DNA of 63,057 bases, filler included, from Trichomonas gallinae (Eukaryota): NCBI GenBank assembly GCA_008369845.1. It is 13 parts of 13 records of this genome, joined end to end, with 100 filler letters (N's around TTAATTAATTAA, not from the genome) between each part and the next. Parts side by side here need not be neighbours in the genome. Positions count along the whole stretch, not along the records: positions 1 to 3,208 come from MRSU01000716.1; positions 3,309 to 18,169 come from MRSU01000717.1; 11 more parts are not named here. One strand, given 5' to 3'. Below are positions 1 through 11,502 of this stretch, piece by piece. Every line of letters starts with the position of its first letter. Positions within the stretch are counted from its first letter, which is position 1. The notes beneath the pieces are model-generated. The model saw only the letters and a list, made by a program, of their open reading frames with translations, was not told the origin of the DNA and made no database searches. A program made the translations under genes and the position numbers.

Positions 1-1607
1 TAATATGGTGTATGTACATATAGTATATAGACAAAGTTTGGAGCAAAAATACCAAAAAAACCTGGTTTCTACACCTCTATGTATCTCTATCAATTTCCGT
101 CGCAACTTTACAAAAAAGCACGTTAGTTTGTCTGCTTTCATCGACGATAAAAAGATGATTAATCACACATTTGTCTGTTGCTGAGTCAAAGAACAACGGG
201 TGGATTTTGTGGCATATATCAGAATACAGGCTTTTTCCCCGCATCATTCTGACACTTTACAAAGTGAAAAAAAAATCATTTTTATGAAAACATAAATTGG
301 AGGATGATGTTTTTTATGCCCCTGGTTATTTTGCAAATATTAGCTATAACTTATGCATTTTTAGTGATTTATAACGACAATTATGCCTTGCTCAAGAAAT
401 GTATTTTTTCAAATTAAATTTGGCAAAATTCGGAAAACATCGCTTAATGATCTATACAAATATCGTCCAATGTAATACAAATCATGCGAAAGCGTTTTAA
501 TGCTTTATTGTTAAAGCGTAAAAATAATGAAGGCTTTAGGAGAAAACTAAAGTAGTTATTGAAAGGATACTAGTAGTGTATGCCTCCAGTGAAAGCTTAT
601 CCTGTGAATCAAAATTCTCAAGAATCAAAAATAATAGTTAACAAAAAAAAATACTATTGCTTTTAGTCACTGAGTACATTTCTGATATGTGTATTAATTT
701 AGTAATAGAGACAGAAGTCAAAATGTCATATTTACCCAAAAATAATATTCTAGCCTGTAAACCATACGTAAAACTTATTGCAATATTTCATATATATAAC
801 CGCGATCTGTAATATCTGTGATATCGCTTCGAGTAGTTTTATGATGATGTGTTTTTTAACTTTTGTTAGCTTCACAAAACTATCTTGACTCATAAATCAT
901 AAAATTACAGACATATGGTTACAATGCCGGGTATGCTAATAAAATTCCACAGAACCCGTAAAAAAATAAAAAATAATCGATATAAATGCAACATCATAAA
1001 TTCTTCATTTTATACTGATGTACATCAAAGATAAAACCAATAAGAGGAGTTTCTCATAAAATAATTTATTGTAATAGAAATATTATTTTTTTATGATAAT
1101 AGATGATGATGGATAAATTATCGATAAATCCAACCGATATTTGATAAGAATAATTCCGATAGAGAAAATAAAATTCAATAGTTTATGAAAATCGTCCAAT
1201 TCGGACCATGACACTGTGTACTCTAGAATTATGAGGAAAGTGGATTTATTTAAATTACTTTTTCAATATATTGAATATACTATCGATATTTGATCTTAAA
1301 AAGCGCACATATAAAAGAAAAGTAATTATATGCAAAATTGTCGCTAAACGTCTTTGAAAATAAAATTCGATTTCTTTATATTCAGAACTATCTTTCATTG
1401 CTCTATAACTTGATATAAATTTGAGTGTCTTAACTCCAAATCTCTTTGAAAATTTTTTAACCAAAATACTAATATTAAATATATGTGCAATTGAATTTTC
1501 ATCTAATGAAATTGAATGAAAATTAATTCTTTTTCAAATATTAATCAATATTAATAATACACTAAGTCTATTTTTATTTATGTAAAATTACTTTTGAATT
1601 CAGCACT

Positions 1608-1613
1608 TCATTT
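1608..1613 (+). promoter_or_regulatory. Trichomonad initiator (Inr) element
   Basis: TCATTT ending 4 nt before the ATG at 1618; matches the trichomonad TCA(T/C)(T/A) Inr. Confidence 0.6.
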
Positions 1614-1617
1614 TTGA

Positions 1618-2727
1618 ATGTTTGTGCATCTTCTCTACATTAGATCGCTTGCTGAAGGCACAAATACTACTGATTCAACCAACCCATTCAATGGATGCAC
1701 AGTTAGTGAAGATCATAAATTTATTCCAACTAAATTTAATGAATCTTTCATGCACAAAGGTACGAAATATATTGATATAAAAGCAGGCGAATCTGTATGT
1801 GTCCAAGGAATTTTTGCTATTGCAGGAAATTCTAGCTTTAATGCTACAGCTGCTGTTTATAATTCAACAACAATGAAAAAAGATATCATGGAAGTAGTTA
1901 CTGATCCTCTCTTTATTTCAGCCGAAATTCCAGCCCAGCTATATCGAGAGGATCAAGCAGCTCTTTATTTCCCAATTACAAAGTTAGTCTGCTGGGACCC
2001 CTCAGCAGCTTGCCGGGTTCAAATTGTCCCACTAATGCCACCAGTAACAAAAGTACAAGCAGAAAATGGTTTTCAATATGATATTAAGATTTCTTCAATC
2101 TTCACAACAAAAACTAGCCTCTCATTGACAAAATCTATTAAATTTTCAGAAGATGCAAACCATAGCACAATTTACACCACAGCAATAGCTACAGCTTTAT
2201 CATCAAACTCTAAAATCACAGTTACATCTAGCACAGACGCTGGTGTAGTCATTGCATCAGATGGATCTGGAACAGCACAAGGCAAAGAAGCCACAAAAAC
2301 AGGCATGTACTTAGGTGGTTATGCTTTACCAAATTCAACATTTGATGCTACTTATAAGATTGAAGCTGCCACATCTACATCAGATGAACAGACAAACTAT
2401 TTCGAAAAGGATAAGACATACTATGCTAAGCCAAAGAATGGCGCAGTTTCTAAAGATGAAGCTGACAAATATACAAAAGATCAAAATGGCGATGGCAAAG
2501 AGAATACAGAAGATGATAATGATAACGGCAAGATCATCGCTGCTGTCGTTATTTCAGTCTTTGTTGTTATTGTTATCATTATTCTCATTGTCTACTTCTG
2601 CTGCTGCAAGAAGAAAGGCGGAGACTCAGAGAAGAAGGAAGAGAAGAAGAAGTCTAGCTCTGGCTCTTCTTCATCGAAGAACAAGGAGAAGGAAGATTCT
2701 GACTCTGGCTCTGGTGTCAACGTTTAA
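1618..2727 (+). CDS. Type I single-pass membrane/surface protein
   Basis: 369 aa; short hydrophobic N-terminus, Thr/Ser-rich ectodomain, TM IIAAVVISVFVVIVIIILIVYF, juxtamembrane CCCKKK, Lys/Ser/acidic tail. Confidence 0.8.
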   Translation: MFVHLLYIRSLAEGTNTTDSTNPFNGCTVSEDHKFIPTKFNESFMHKGTKYIDIKAGESVCVQGIFAIAGNSSFNATAAVYNSTTMKKDIMEVVTDPLFISAEIPAQLYREDQAALYFPITKLVCWDPSAACRVQIVPLMPPVTKVQAENGFQYDIKISSIFTTKTSLSLTKSIKFSEDANHSTIYTTAIATALSSNSKITVTSSTDAGVVIASDGSGTAQGKEATKTGMYLGGYALPNSTFDATYKIEAATSTSDEQTNYFEKDKTYYAKPKNGAVSKDEADKYTKDQNGDGKENTEDDNDNGKIIAAVVISVFVVIVIIILIVYFCCCKKKGGDSEKKEEKKKSSSGSSSSKNKEKEDSDSGSGVNV

Positions 2728-3208
2728 ACAAATATGCAATGAATTAAAGTTTTTCTTATCATAATTAAGCGTTTTTAATAGCTCATCATTGTTTCCAATA
2801 AAATCCAAAATTCAAAACTTAAACCAAACTCATTTTTATTTACGCACAATGGCAGTACAACCGTATCAGGTTTATATGAGCTTTGATTCTCGTCGATGTT
2901 TTTCTCTAATTTTTGAAAACCAGAATTAATAGCATAATGGTTAAGAATGTCGTAAGAATTGCTATCATATACTAATGCTGAATTAAGTATTTAATGTGAA
3001 ACGAATGATTTAATTCTAAAATCTTCTCGATGAAATCAAATTCTTTATTGGAATGCAAACGATTCATAAAATATCCTTGTTGTAATTCATGAAGCGAGAT
3101 ATAAAGTGAATATAGTGCTATTCTTAATATCTTAAGGGTCGACCGACATACTCACTTTTTGAATGCCCCTGCTTTAAATTTTAGAACTTGCGCTTACAAT
3201 TTTGAGCC

Positions 3209-3308
3209 NNNNNNNNNNNNNNNNNNNNNNNNNNNNNNNNNNNNNNNNNNNNTTAATTAATTAANNNNNNNNNNNNNNNNNNNNNNNNNNNNNNNNNNNN
3301 NNNNNNNN
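3209..3308. other. Artificial contig linker
   Basis: N44-TTAATTAATTAA-N44; stops in all six frames. Confidence 0.98.
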
Positions 3309-3310
3309 GA

Positions 3311-4303
3311 ATGAGATACTCTATTCGAAACACAACAGAGATTAAAGAGCGGTATATTGCAAATTCTGAAATTACAATCGGCCTTGAAATTAGTTCTATT
3401 GGACCTGGTGAAAAATCAACAATTTTCAGGTATTTCAACAATGAAGAATCACTTATCGATGAACATAATGATAATGGACAAATCCACACATATAACGATA
3501 TTTTCACGCTTCCACAAGAACCAAATAAATATTCTCTCAAATACAGAGTAGTCACAAAAGATAATTTAGAAAAAACTATCCAATATGAAATTAATGTTGG
3601 AATTTCTCCTACAATTAAGAATACTACGAGCTTTAAAGATAAATATCGATCAAATTATCGGGCATCATGCGAATTTGAAATAGTTTGTTATGCTGAATCA
3701 AAATTGATTCTTGAAGATGAATCAGGAAATAAACTTGTAGAAGAAGATGTAACCAATTCACCCAATCCAACAAAGTATTCCATTTCCTATATAATACCTT
3801 ATACCGAGGGCAATTCAACAAGAAAATTTGTAGCTTATGTGATTGATGCGCATGAATTAAAATCGAGAAATATTGAATTTACATACAATTATTTAGACAT
3901 TCAACCAGAATTTAACTTGAATCGATTTGTTAATTATGCAGTTAAGCGTCATGATTCACTAGAAATATACGGAGACTTAAGAGATAGAGAATATAATGGA
4001 CTCGTATATTTTAATACGTCATTAGATGAAGCTATTCCTCAGCAAAGTTATAAACTAAATATTATTAATGATTCTTGGATTCCATTTAAATTTTCTTATC
4101 CAACAAAAAACGTAGATGGGGGAGTCCACAACTTAAAACTAATTGTTTATGATATACTAGGAGCAAAAACAGAAAAAATACATAAATTTACTTTAATAAC
4201 CAATCCATACAAAATGCTTAATATTCCACGTTGTTCTCTGAGTCCTTCAGAAAGATCCATGATGTTCTACACGTTAAGTTATTCATCATTATTTTCCAAA
4301 TAA
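3311..4303 (+). CDS. 3' part of a Bap-like/Ig-fold repeat surface protein (5' end lost in gap)
   Basis: Frame open from the contig edge; beta-rich modules with YVIDAHELKS and IVYDILGAKT motifs resembling those of the 58756 protein. Confidence 0.65.
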   Translation: MRYSIRNTTEIKERYIANSEITIGLEISSIGPGEKSTIFRYFNNEESLIDEHNDNGQIHTYNDIFTLPQEPNKYSLKYRVVTKDNLEKTIQYEINVGISPTIKNTTSFKDKYRSNYRASCEFEIVCYAESKLILEDESGNKLVEEDVTNSPNPTKYSISYIIPYTEGNSTRKFVAYVIDAHELKSRNIEFTYNYLDIQPEFNLNRFVNYAVKRHDSLEIYGDLRDREYNGLVYFNTSLDEAIPQQSYKLNIINDSWIPFKFSYPTKNVDGGVHNLKLIVYDILGAKTEKIHKFTLITNPYKMLNIPRCSLSPSERSMMFYTLSYSSLFSK

Positions 4304-4640
4304 TATTGAAAATTCATCATTAAGTTTTTTTATTATTTACACGTGCATATATTAGTATATGCATGTGATAACTAACACAATTATGCTTTATTTTCCATTC
4401 ATCAATATAACATATTATTCATCAATATTAATTTTCAATTTAATGTCTTTTCTTTCAGGATTTATATTTCCTGAAGAAATAAATATAGAATAGTATCAAT
4501 AATAGTTATTTTTTGTATTTTTTTGTTTTTTTTATATTTAACTTAATCTATTCATAATCATTGAACACATATAATAGAATATCGATTTAATATAATAATG
4601 ATTAATGCTTGAGTCATTTTTTATATAGTGTTGGATATCG

Positions 4641-5417
4641 ATGTTATTAACACCTGCTGCAAAGTCAACACTCATTTGCATGCTGCTTTTATATGAGCTA
4701 TTTATGTGCATATATGCAGAAACAGCACTTCAAAAGTCGATTTTAGGCAAAAATTATATTAATCTTTGCTTTATTATCACAATTACACTGTTAACGATCC
4801 TTTCACTCTTCTCAATCATCAAAAGCCCATCAAAAGTCCACGAAAACACGAAATCAGACATCAATAATTTTTATTGCAAGAGCTGTCAAAGATATATCCC
4901 ATTACGATCATCACACTGCGACAATTGTGGTTATTGCATCCGTCGACGTGACCATCATTGCACATATCTTGGTATATGCATTGGTCAGGATAACAATTTC
5001 TCATTTCTTTGTTTCAACGTTTTTATGCTTACATGTCAGTGTGTATTTGCCAAGAATACATTCTTTGTTGCAGTGAAAGATGCCGATTTTTATGATTTTC
5101 TTCGTTTTAATTTCCAATGTGGCTTACTCTGCTGCATTTCTGTTTACATTTGTTTCATTTCATTTGACCAGATAATTAAATTGTTTATGAATATTTTCCT
5201 TAATCAAACATATTGGGAATCACGAAGAAAAGACAAAATCTCATATCTCAAGACCTGGCCTTATCCAATCTCTCCATTTAGCCGCGGTATCTGCAACAAC
5301 ATGCAGGAATTTGCTACAATGAAAGGAAAAGATCTAAATTATGAAATTCCTCATAATATCGAAGAATATGAACGCAACAACTCTCATATCCTGCATGTGA
5401 TCACGAAATTCCAATAA
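4641..5417 (+). CDS. DHHC zinc-finger palmitoyltransferase
   Basis: CKSC...RSSHCDNCGYCIRRRDHHCTYLGICIG..N motif, flanking TMs, C-terminal PFSRG..NN motif. Confidence 0.93.
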   Translation: MLLTPAAKSTLICMLLLYELFMCIYAETALQKSILGKNYINLCFIITITLLTILSLFSIIKSPSKVHENTKSDINNFYCKSCQRYIPLRSSHCDNCGYCIRRRDHHCTYLGICIGQDNNFSFLCFNVFMLTCQCVFAKNTFFVAVKDADFYDFLRFNFQCGLLCCISVYICFISFDQIIKLFMNIFLNQTYWESRRKDKISYLKTWPYPISPFSRGICNNMQEFATMKGKDLNYEIPHNIEEYERNNSHILHVITKFQ

Positions 5418-5581
5418 TATTTTTAGTTTTTCGATGATTTGAAAATTTCAAAATATATTTCTTTTTGTTTTGCTTTTGTTTGTATAAATATATTCGTATT
5501 TTCATGATATACGATTATTACAAACACAATAACATTAAATGTATTATTTTTAAATTAAAACAGCAAAATATACGAACAAAA

Positions 5582-6619
5582 TTAATGCCTCCTAGCTTGA
5601 GTGTTTGGCCTTGTATAGGTCCTCGTGCCACTAACAGTCTTAATCCTTGATAAAGTTGATGAACGGGATGATGAGCGAGAACTAAGTTCTGGCAGACTCC
5701 TTGTTTGCGTCTGATTGATGATAGACTCACTTTCATATTTAGCTTCTTTTCTCAGGTTTCTTTGCGACCTTAAATTAGATTCTAAGTTTGCAATGACTTT
5801 TTCAAAGTATGAGAACTTTTTCTGATATTCTGGCTCAATCCTTGCCCATTTAAATTCATAACGTTCCTGTAATATACGTTTTTGTTGATCATGTTTTGCG
5901 AGAAGCTTATCTCGTTGTATTCTCCATTCATTGTACCATTCATTCCTTTTAACAGCAAGCTCATATTCCGTGAGAGCCTCCCTTTCCTCTCTAAGAGCAA
6001 CAGCTTGTTCGTATCTTCCAGTTCCCTTCAGTTTCTCTTCGATAAACTTAAGCTGAATGAGCTCTGGTGATAGTTTCTTGAATTTTGGAGGTAGGGACTC
6101 GTTTTGGTCGAATTGTTTGTCGAGTTTTTCGAGTTCTGCATTTTGAGATTTTTCGAGATCGGCAAAAGCCTTTGTTTTCTCTTCCATCATGCTTGTGAAT
6201 ACGTGCTCGCGCTTCCTTTTAGCTTTATCGTAGTCAGCTTTCACGTCAATAAGTTTTTTCTTGAGATTTTGAATTTTTTCTAATTGTACAGTGTCATATT
6301 GCGAGGCACCATATACCAGTTGAAGATCGGATGATACTTTTTCGATTAGTTTAAGCGTATCGTAATCAGATTTTTCTTCTGCTCGCTTTTTCTTTTTTCG
6401 CAAAGCATACATGACTTCCGTGGTGTATGATGGGTTGATGTCGTGAACATCGCCGCCATCTATCAGGTTTTGCGCCATTCCATCGTAATCGGGTCCTTCT
6501 CTCTTATTCCCCGCTTGGCTTGATGTCCTGCGTGATTTTAGCATAGGCGTGGCTGCCCCGCTCTCATTAATCACAACGAGCGTTGTTTTTGACGAAGTGG
6601 GAGAATTTTTCATACTCAT
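5582..6619 (-). CDS. Coiled-coil hypothetical protein
   Basis: Long ORF rich in K/E/Q; first ATG at 6619 (TCACA-ATG); the track start at 6646 is a TTG. Confidence 0.8.
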   Translation of the reverse strand: MSMKNSPTSSKTTLVVINESGAATPMLKSRRTSSQAGNKREGPDYDGMAQNLIDGGDVHDINPSYTTEVMYALRKKKKRAEEKSDYDTLKLIEKVSSDLQLVYGASQYDTVQLEKIQNLKKKLIDVKADYDKAKRKREHVFTSMMEEKTKAFADLEKSQNAELEKLDKQFDQNESLPPKFKKLSPELIQLKFIEEKLKGTGRYEQAVALREEREALTEYELAVKRNEWYNEWRIQRDKLLAKHDQQKRILQERYEFKWARIEPEYQKKFSYFEKVIANLESNLRSQRNLRKEAKYESESIINQTQTRSLPELSSRSSSRSSTLSRIKTVSGTRTYTRPNTQARRH

Positions 6620-7414
6620 TGTGAAAATTTGATAAATAACGTCCAAAAATATCTGACATATTAATTTATTTACATATCAAATATCGTTTACATGACAAAA
6701 AATCTTTACATTGATGATTTACATCATTTTCATGATTAGAGTTCCATTATATTGGAACAATATTGTATACTCTAATATTGATGTATAAAGTCATTTTGGG
6801 CATTTGTTTACAAGAAAATTGATATAATTTTGAATTTTAAAATTTTTAAATATTGATCTTTTATAATCAAAAATATATTTCGAATAGCTTGCATATCATT
6901 GAATGACAACGATTAAACCCAATAATTTATAGAGCTTGATTGAATCATTCCTTTAATTGATTTATATTTTCTATTATGAGAACTCAGCATATCACTACAC
7001 ACTACAAACAATTATATCTCATATAAATATTGGTTGAAACACAATTATTACTACATGAAATTGCAATTACTCTATATTTCAATTTTATATTTTGAACATC
7101 AAATTAGCACGTATAAGAGTCTTTTTATCCTTCATATTAAATATTCATGTAAATACATATTTGAATTTTATTAGTAGATAATCATTCATCTTATGACAAT
7201 AAGTTCACATTAACCTATAATATAAAATCAACTATTAGTAATTAGCTCAAATAATATCTTTTAGATTGAAATAAAATAAATAGTCTCAAGAGCTCTAACT
7301 TTTAAAAATAGTCTATTTAAAAGATAATATTAAATATATTATAATAAAATAGCCTAAAAGATTTTTCAAAAATTGTTCAGTGACATGTGACGTGAAAATA
7401 TTTAAATAGTGTCA

Positions 7415-7422
7415 AACCGTTT
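7415..7422 (+). promoter_or_regulatory. Myb-recognition-like core promoter motif (M3-type)
   Basis: AACCGTTT about 10 nt upstream of the RPT3 ATG; fits RRCSGTTD as I recall it for T. vaginalis. Confidence 0.4.
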
Positions 7423-7432
7423 TTAAAACTCG

Positions 7433-8599
7433 ATGAGCGAAAATACCGCGAAAGAGGACAACTCTCTTGAGCAGTATGCGAGGATGAAAGAGCTTGAGAG
7501 AGAACTCGAGCTTCTCGGTATTAAAGAAGAATACATCAAAGACGAACTCCGTTATTTAAGGAGAGAACACGTTCGTGCGCAAGAAGAAGTAAAATCGATT
7601 CAATCAGTTCCATTGCTTGTCGGCAACTTCGTGGAAATGGTTGATGCGAACTATGCTGTTGTGGACTGCGGATCTCCAAACTTGGTCAGAGTCATGAGGA
7701 CAATCGACCGCCACCTTCTTAAGCCAAATACAAGTGTCGCTCTTCACAAGCACTCCCAAGCTCTGGTCGACGTTTTGCCGCCAGAAGGCACAACATCTGT
7801 ACAAATCGTCACAGATCCACCAGATATCTCTTATGCGGATATTGGTGGCCTTGATATGCAAAAACAAGAAATTCGCGAAGCTGTCGAACTTCCTCTTACA
7901 CATTTAGACTTATATCAACAGATCGGCATAGATCCGCCTCGTGGTGTCCTTCTTTACGGCCCACCTGGCACAGGAAAGACAATGCTCGCTAAGGCTGTTG
8001 CTCATCATACATCAGCATCTTTTATTGCTGTTGTTGGATCTGAGTTTGTTCAAAAATTCCTTGGAGAAGGTCCGAGAATGGTTCGTGATACATTTAGACT
8101 TGCACGCGAGCATTCTCCTTCAATTCTTTTCATAGATGAAGTCGATTCAATTGCTACAAAACGTTTCGATGCCGAGCATGGCTCAGATCGCGAAGTACAA
8201 CGTGTTCTTATGGAACTTCTCGCACAGATGGATGGTTTCGACCAAAGTACGTCAGTCAAAGTTATTATGGCAACAAATCGTGCGGATACACTCGATCCTG
8301 CCTTACTTAGACCCGGCCGTTTGGATAGAAAGATCGAGTTCCCGCTGCCAGATCGTCGCCAGAAGCGTTTGATTTTCCAAGTCATTACGTCTAAGATGAA
8401 TCTTTCACCGGAAGTTGATATTGAAGACTTCGTTTCGAGGCCGGACAAGATTAGTGGTGCAGATATCTCAGCTATATGTATGGAAGCTGGTATGCATGCA
8501 GTTCGTAGAAATAGATATGTTGTTCTGCCGAAAGATTTCGAGCGCGCTTATGAAAAGACTGTTCGCAAACCAGACGCAGTACTTTCTTCTTATCTCTAA
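7433..8599 (+). CDS. RPT3: 26S proteasome AAA-ATPase subunit Rpt3 (6B)
   Basis: [24 protein letters not shown], Walker A GPPGTGKT, Walker [43 protein letters not shown], HbYX-like C-terminal SYL. Confidence 0.96.
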   Translation: MSENTAKEDNSLEQYARMKELERELELLGIKEEYIKDELRYLRREHVRAQEEVKSIQSVPLLVGNFVEMVDANYAVVDCGSPNLVRVMRTIDRHLLKPNTSVALHKHSQALVDVLPPEGTTSVQIVTDPPDISYADIGGLDMQKQEIREAVELPLTHLDLYQQIGIDPPRGVLLYGPPGTGKTMLAKAVAHHTSASFIAVVGSEFVQKFLGEGPRMVRDTFRLAREHSPSILFIDEVDSIATKRFDAEHGSDREVQRVLMELLAQMDGFDQSTSVKVIMATNRADTLDPALLRPGRLDRKIEFPLPDRRQKRLIFQVITSKMNLSPEVDIEDFVSRPDKISGADISAICMEAGMHAVRRNRYVVLPKDFERAYEKTVRKPDAVLSSYL

Positions 8600-8986
8600 T
8601 ACTATTTTACTAATATTACGATTCTTATCTTTTAATAATGTAAAGCTTATGAAATTTGTAAGAACAAAAACACCATTCACTTATTTTTTTTTCGTCATCT
8701 GAAGAAAATATTTATTTTGAAAATTAATTTTTTAATTTTGAACAAATATAACGACTTTAAACTATTTCATATTGGAATATGAATGGTATTTTATATGCGA
8801 AGTTTCGATTTTTGAGAAATTTTTATTGAAAAGATATAAAAATTGAAAAAAATAGAATTAGTTATAGTTTATTTGGTATAATCGCATTTTGTTGTTTTAT
8901 AGTTTGCATCTTTACAATACAAAGCTTATAAATTTGATTTAATAATATAATTTATCAACTCTATTGCTTAATTTTAAGTTAATAAC

Positions 8987-9556
8987 TTATTTGCCCTTTC
9001 TGAGATGAGATTTGTAAGTTAATTTCGGTATATCAATATCTAATTTAGCTTTCAATTTGTTAATAATGAATGATTCATAGTTGGCATTCTTTGGAGGTCC
9101 TCTAAGCCAAATCTCAAATGCATATGAGTTTGCAGCCTTTGGAGCAACGATGATTCCGCAGACATAGTTATCTTGGATATTGCCAGCGATCCATTTGTTC
9201 ATTCTACCGCTTGCAGCAGTAGCAAGAAGATATTCCCAAACATCTTGGACTTTTTCTTTGAGTTTATCAGGGAGAAAGATCAATAAGCAACCGCCATCTT
9301 TGTTTGCAGTGTCTTCCCAGGCTGGTTTTATGTTTTCTGAAAAGAAAGCAAGAGAAATCTTGCCATTTTGAGTATTGCGAAGTTGTTTGATCTCTGGAAG
9401 GGAAGAATGATATTCTGCAAATTTACTGAGTGATCTGACTTTGATGATTGGCTCGATTTCATATTGCACTTTGTCGACATAACGACAAAAAATAACCCAG
9501 AATTGCCACTCTTGATAGAAATTATAAATTTCGTCGAGTGATTTATTTTCTAACAT
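8987..9556 (-). CDS. eIF4E: Eukaryotic initiation factor 4E family protein (divergent)
   Basis: WQFW, FFSENIKPAWEDTANKDGG, VWEYLL, VCGIIV, FEIWL, YKSH; AAAAGTGAC just upstream of ATG. Confidence 0.9.
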   Translation of the reverse strand: MLENKSLDEIYNFYQEWQFWVIFCRYVDKVQYEIEPIIKVRSLSKFAEYHSSLPEIKQLRNTQNGKISLAFFSENIKPAWEDTANKDGGCLLIFLPDKLKEKVQDVWEYLLATAASGRMNKWIAGNIQDNYVCGIIVAPKAANSYAFEIWLRGPPKNANYESFIINKLKAKLDIDIPKLTYKSHLRKGK

Positions 9557-9720
9557 TTAAGTGTCACTTTTTGAAATATATTCGATGAAATTTTTATGTT
9601 TTTATATACTATTACTTACATACTCTTTATACAACACAAATTATTTGATTTTTCACATTTGTAATAGAAAAATAAGAAAATGGTTTAAATAATCATATAA
9701 TATATATTCTTCTAACATTG

Positions 9721-10035
9721 AAAATAAAATTAGATTGGAATTATATCGAATATTTTCACGAGAATTCGTTAAAAGTTTGCTGATTTTGATAAAAATAGAA
9801 TGCATTATTACAATATATTCCATTTTTATGATTAAAAAAGAAAAAATAATTTTGAAAAAAATTTTAGAACTAGATTATAATAATATACAATATATAATTA
9901 TTTAAATTAGAAAATCAAATCAAATTGTTATTATATCGAATATTTTGACGAGAATTCATTAAAAGTTTTATGATTTTGTTAAAAATTGAATGTATTAGTG
10001 CAATATATTCTATTTATATGATTAAAAAAGAAAAA
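9721..10035. repeat. Tandem duplication, period 190 nt
   Basis: 9740-9845 aligns ungapped with 9930-10035 (ATTATATCGAATATTTT.ACGAGAATTC.TTAAAAGTTT...ATGATTAAAAAAGAAAAA), about a dozen substitutions. Confidence 0.9.
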
Positions 10036-10076
10036 TTTCACTTGAGCAATTTTCAAAAAATGTGACACACTCGAAA

Positions 10077-10916
10077 TTGAACAACGAACCAAGAACACAG
10101 CCTTCAAGTAAAAACACGAAGATAGCAACAGCCTTGTGCATTGTTCAGGGCCTTGTATCTTTCTTGGCGTATTTACCTCGTTTTCAACCTTATCTTTTAT
10201 TCCAAGCAAGCAATTTCTATAATAAATTCCCTAAAATTTGGATTTTATTAACAGCACCATTCATATCAGAATCAATTTTCTCGCTATTCCTCGCGTGCTT
10301 ATGCTTTATTTACATATCTCGATTTTTAGAACCGATTTGGGGATCAAAAGAATACCTTAGATTTGTAATAATGACATCAATATACTCAAATCTACTTCAA
10401 ATGCTGTTTGTTGGCGGACTTTATCTTATTACAAATTCGGATTATCTATTTCATCGACCATTTGAAACCGGAAGTACAATTTCTACTGCACTTATGATTG
10501 GTGTCGCACAAGCATGCCAAGACATCTCAGTTCCTACACAATTTGGAAATTTCAAGCCTAAATATTTACCATTTATATCATTTATCATATCACTGATTCT
10601 TTTCCCATTATCAGGATGTGACAGTTTGCTTTCAAGTATAATGGGAACAACTTGGGCGATAATTTATTTACAAAAATTGCAGCCACATCGTGGAACACGC
10701 GGTGATCCAAAGTTAACATTAGATAATCTAATTCCAAACCCATTCTGCGGCTGCTGCACAGATTTAGGCGATGGAATGGAAAATGATCAAGAAATGCCAC
10801 CTAACTACCCGGGAAACACGTTCAATCCTCAAGGTCAGGCTTTCGGAGACAACAGACCACAAAGACCAGAACCAAGACGTGATACCTTCGCAGGCACTGC
10901 TCATCATATTAACTAG
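10077..10916 (+). CDS. TMEM115/DUF1751-like rhomboid-superfamily membrane protein; start codon not AUG
   Basis: IWILLTAPF, LEPIWGSKEYLRF, KYLPF, IYLQKLQ...RGD motifs and multiple TMs; no in-frame ATG until 10371; TTG at 10077 proposed as start position. Confidence 0.75.
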   Translation: MNNEPRTQPSSKNTKIATALCIVQGLVSFLAYLPRFQPYLLFQASNFYNKFPKIWILLTAPFISESIFSLFLACLCFIYISRFLEPIWGSKEYLRFVIMTSIYSNLLQMLFVGGLYLITNSDYLFHRPFETGSTISTALMIGVAQACQDISVPTQFGNFKPKYLPFISFIISLILFPLSGCDSLLSSIMGTTWAIIYLQKLQPHRGTRGDPKLTLDNLIPNPFCGCCTDLGDGMENDQEMPPNYPGNTFNPQGQAFGDNRPQRPEPRRDTFAGTAHHIN

Positions 10917-11085
10917 ATATACTTTTAAACTGAGTTTCATTATTGCCTCGATCCAATATATTGAAATTTAGTTTAATTTTTTTTTGTTCAGCTAAAAAAA
11001 TGTTATATTTTTCATATTTTTTCACTTTTCATAATTTGACACTTTTATTTTTGTCACTTTTATCTTTTCGTCACTTTTCAAAAAA

Positions 11086-11502
11086 ATGGATGAAGAAATT
11101 TCTTCATCATTTTCTCCAATGTTGGAGAATGTTTTTAATGAAGCTGACAAAGAAAAACTCAATGCTTTGACCATTGATGATTTTCTAGTACTTAAACCTG
11201 CAAATCAAAATCAAATAATTGATATAAACAAAGAAGATTTGAATAGACATGAATGTGAAAATATAAAAAGAAAACTAGTGAAACTACAAATTCAAAAAGC
11301 TTTCGAATTTCAAATTATTGGTAAACAAATTGCTGAAGAATTAATGCAAAAACTATCCGATGGTCAGTACAATGATATAATTACTCAAATAAAAGACAAA
11401 ATTATTGAAAAATATCATAAAACATCAAAAAGCTCGGATAAAAATGATTTGGATAAAAATGATCCAACGTTTTATAAGAAGTTTTATGAAAAGATTTTAT
11501 GA
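11086..11502 (+). CDS. Small hypothetical protein
   Basis: 138 aa ORF preceded by two GTCACTTTT Inr motifs (about 11053 and 11070) and AAAAA-ATG. Confidence 0.7.
   Translation: MDEEISSSFSPMLENVFNEADKEKLNALTIDDFLVLKPANQNQIIDINKEDLNRHECENIKRKLVKLQIQKAFEFQIIGKQIAEELMQKLSDGQYNDIITQIKDKIIEKYHKTSKSSDKNDLDKNDPTFYKKFYEKIL

Noticed and set aside
2315..2764. 149-aa overlapping ORF
   Set aside because: Alternate frame of the 1618-2727 gene; no independent features
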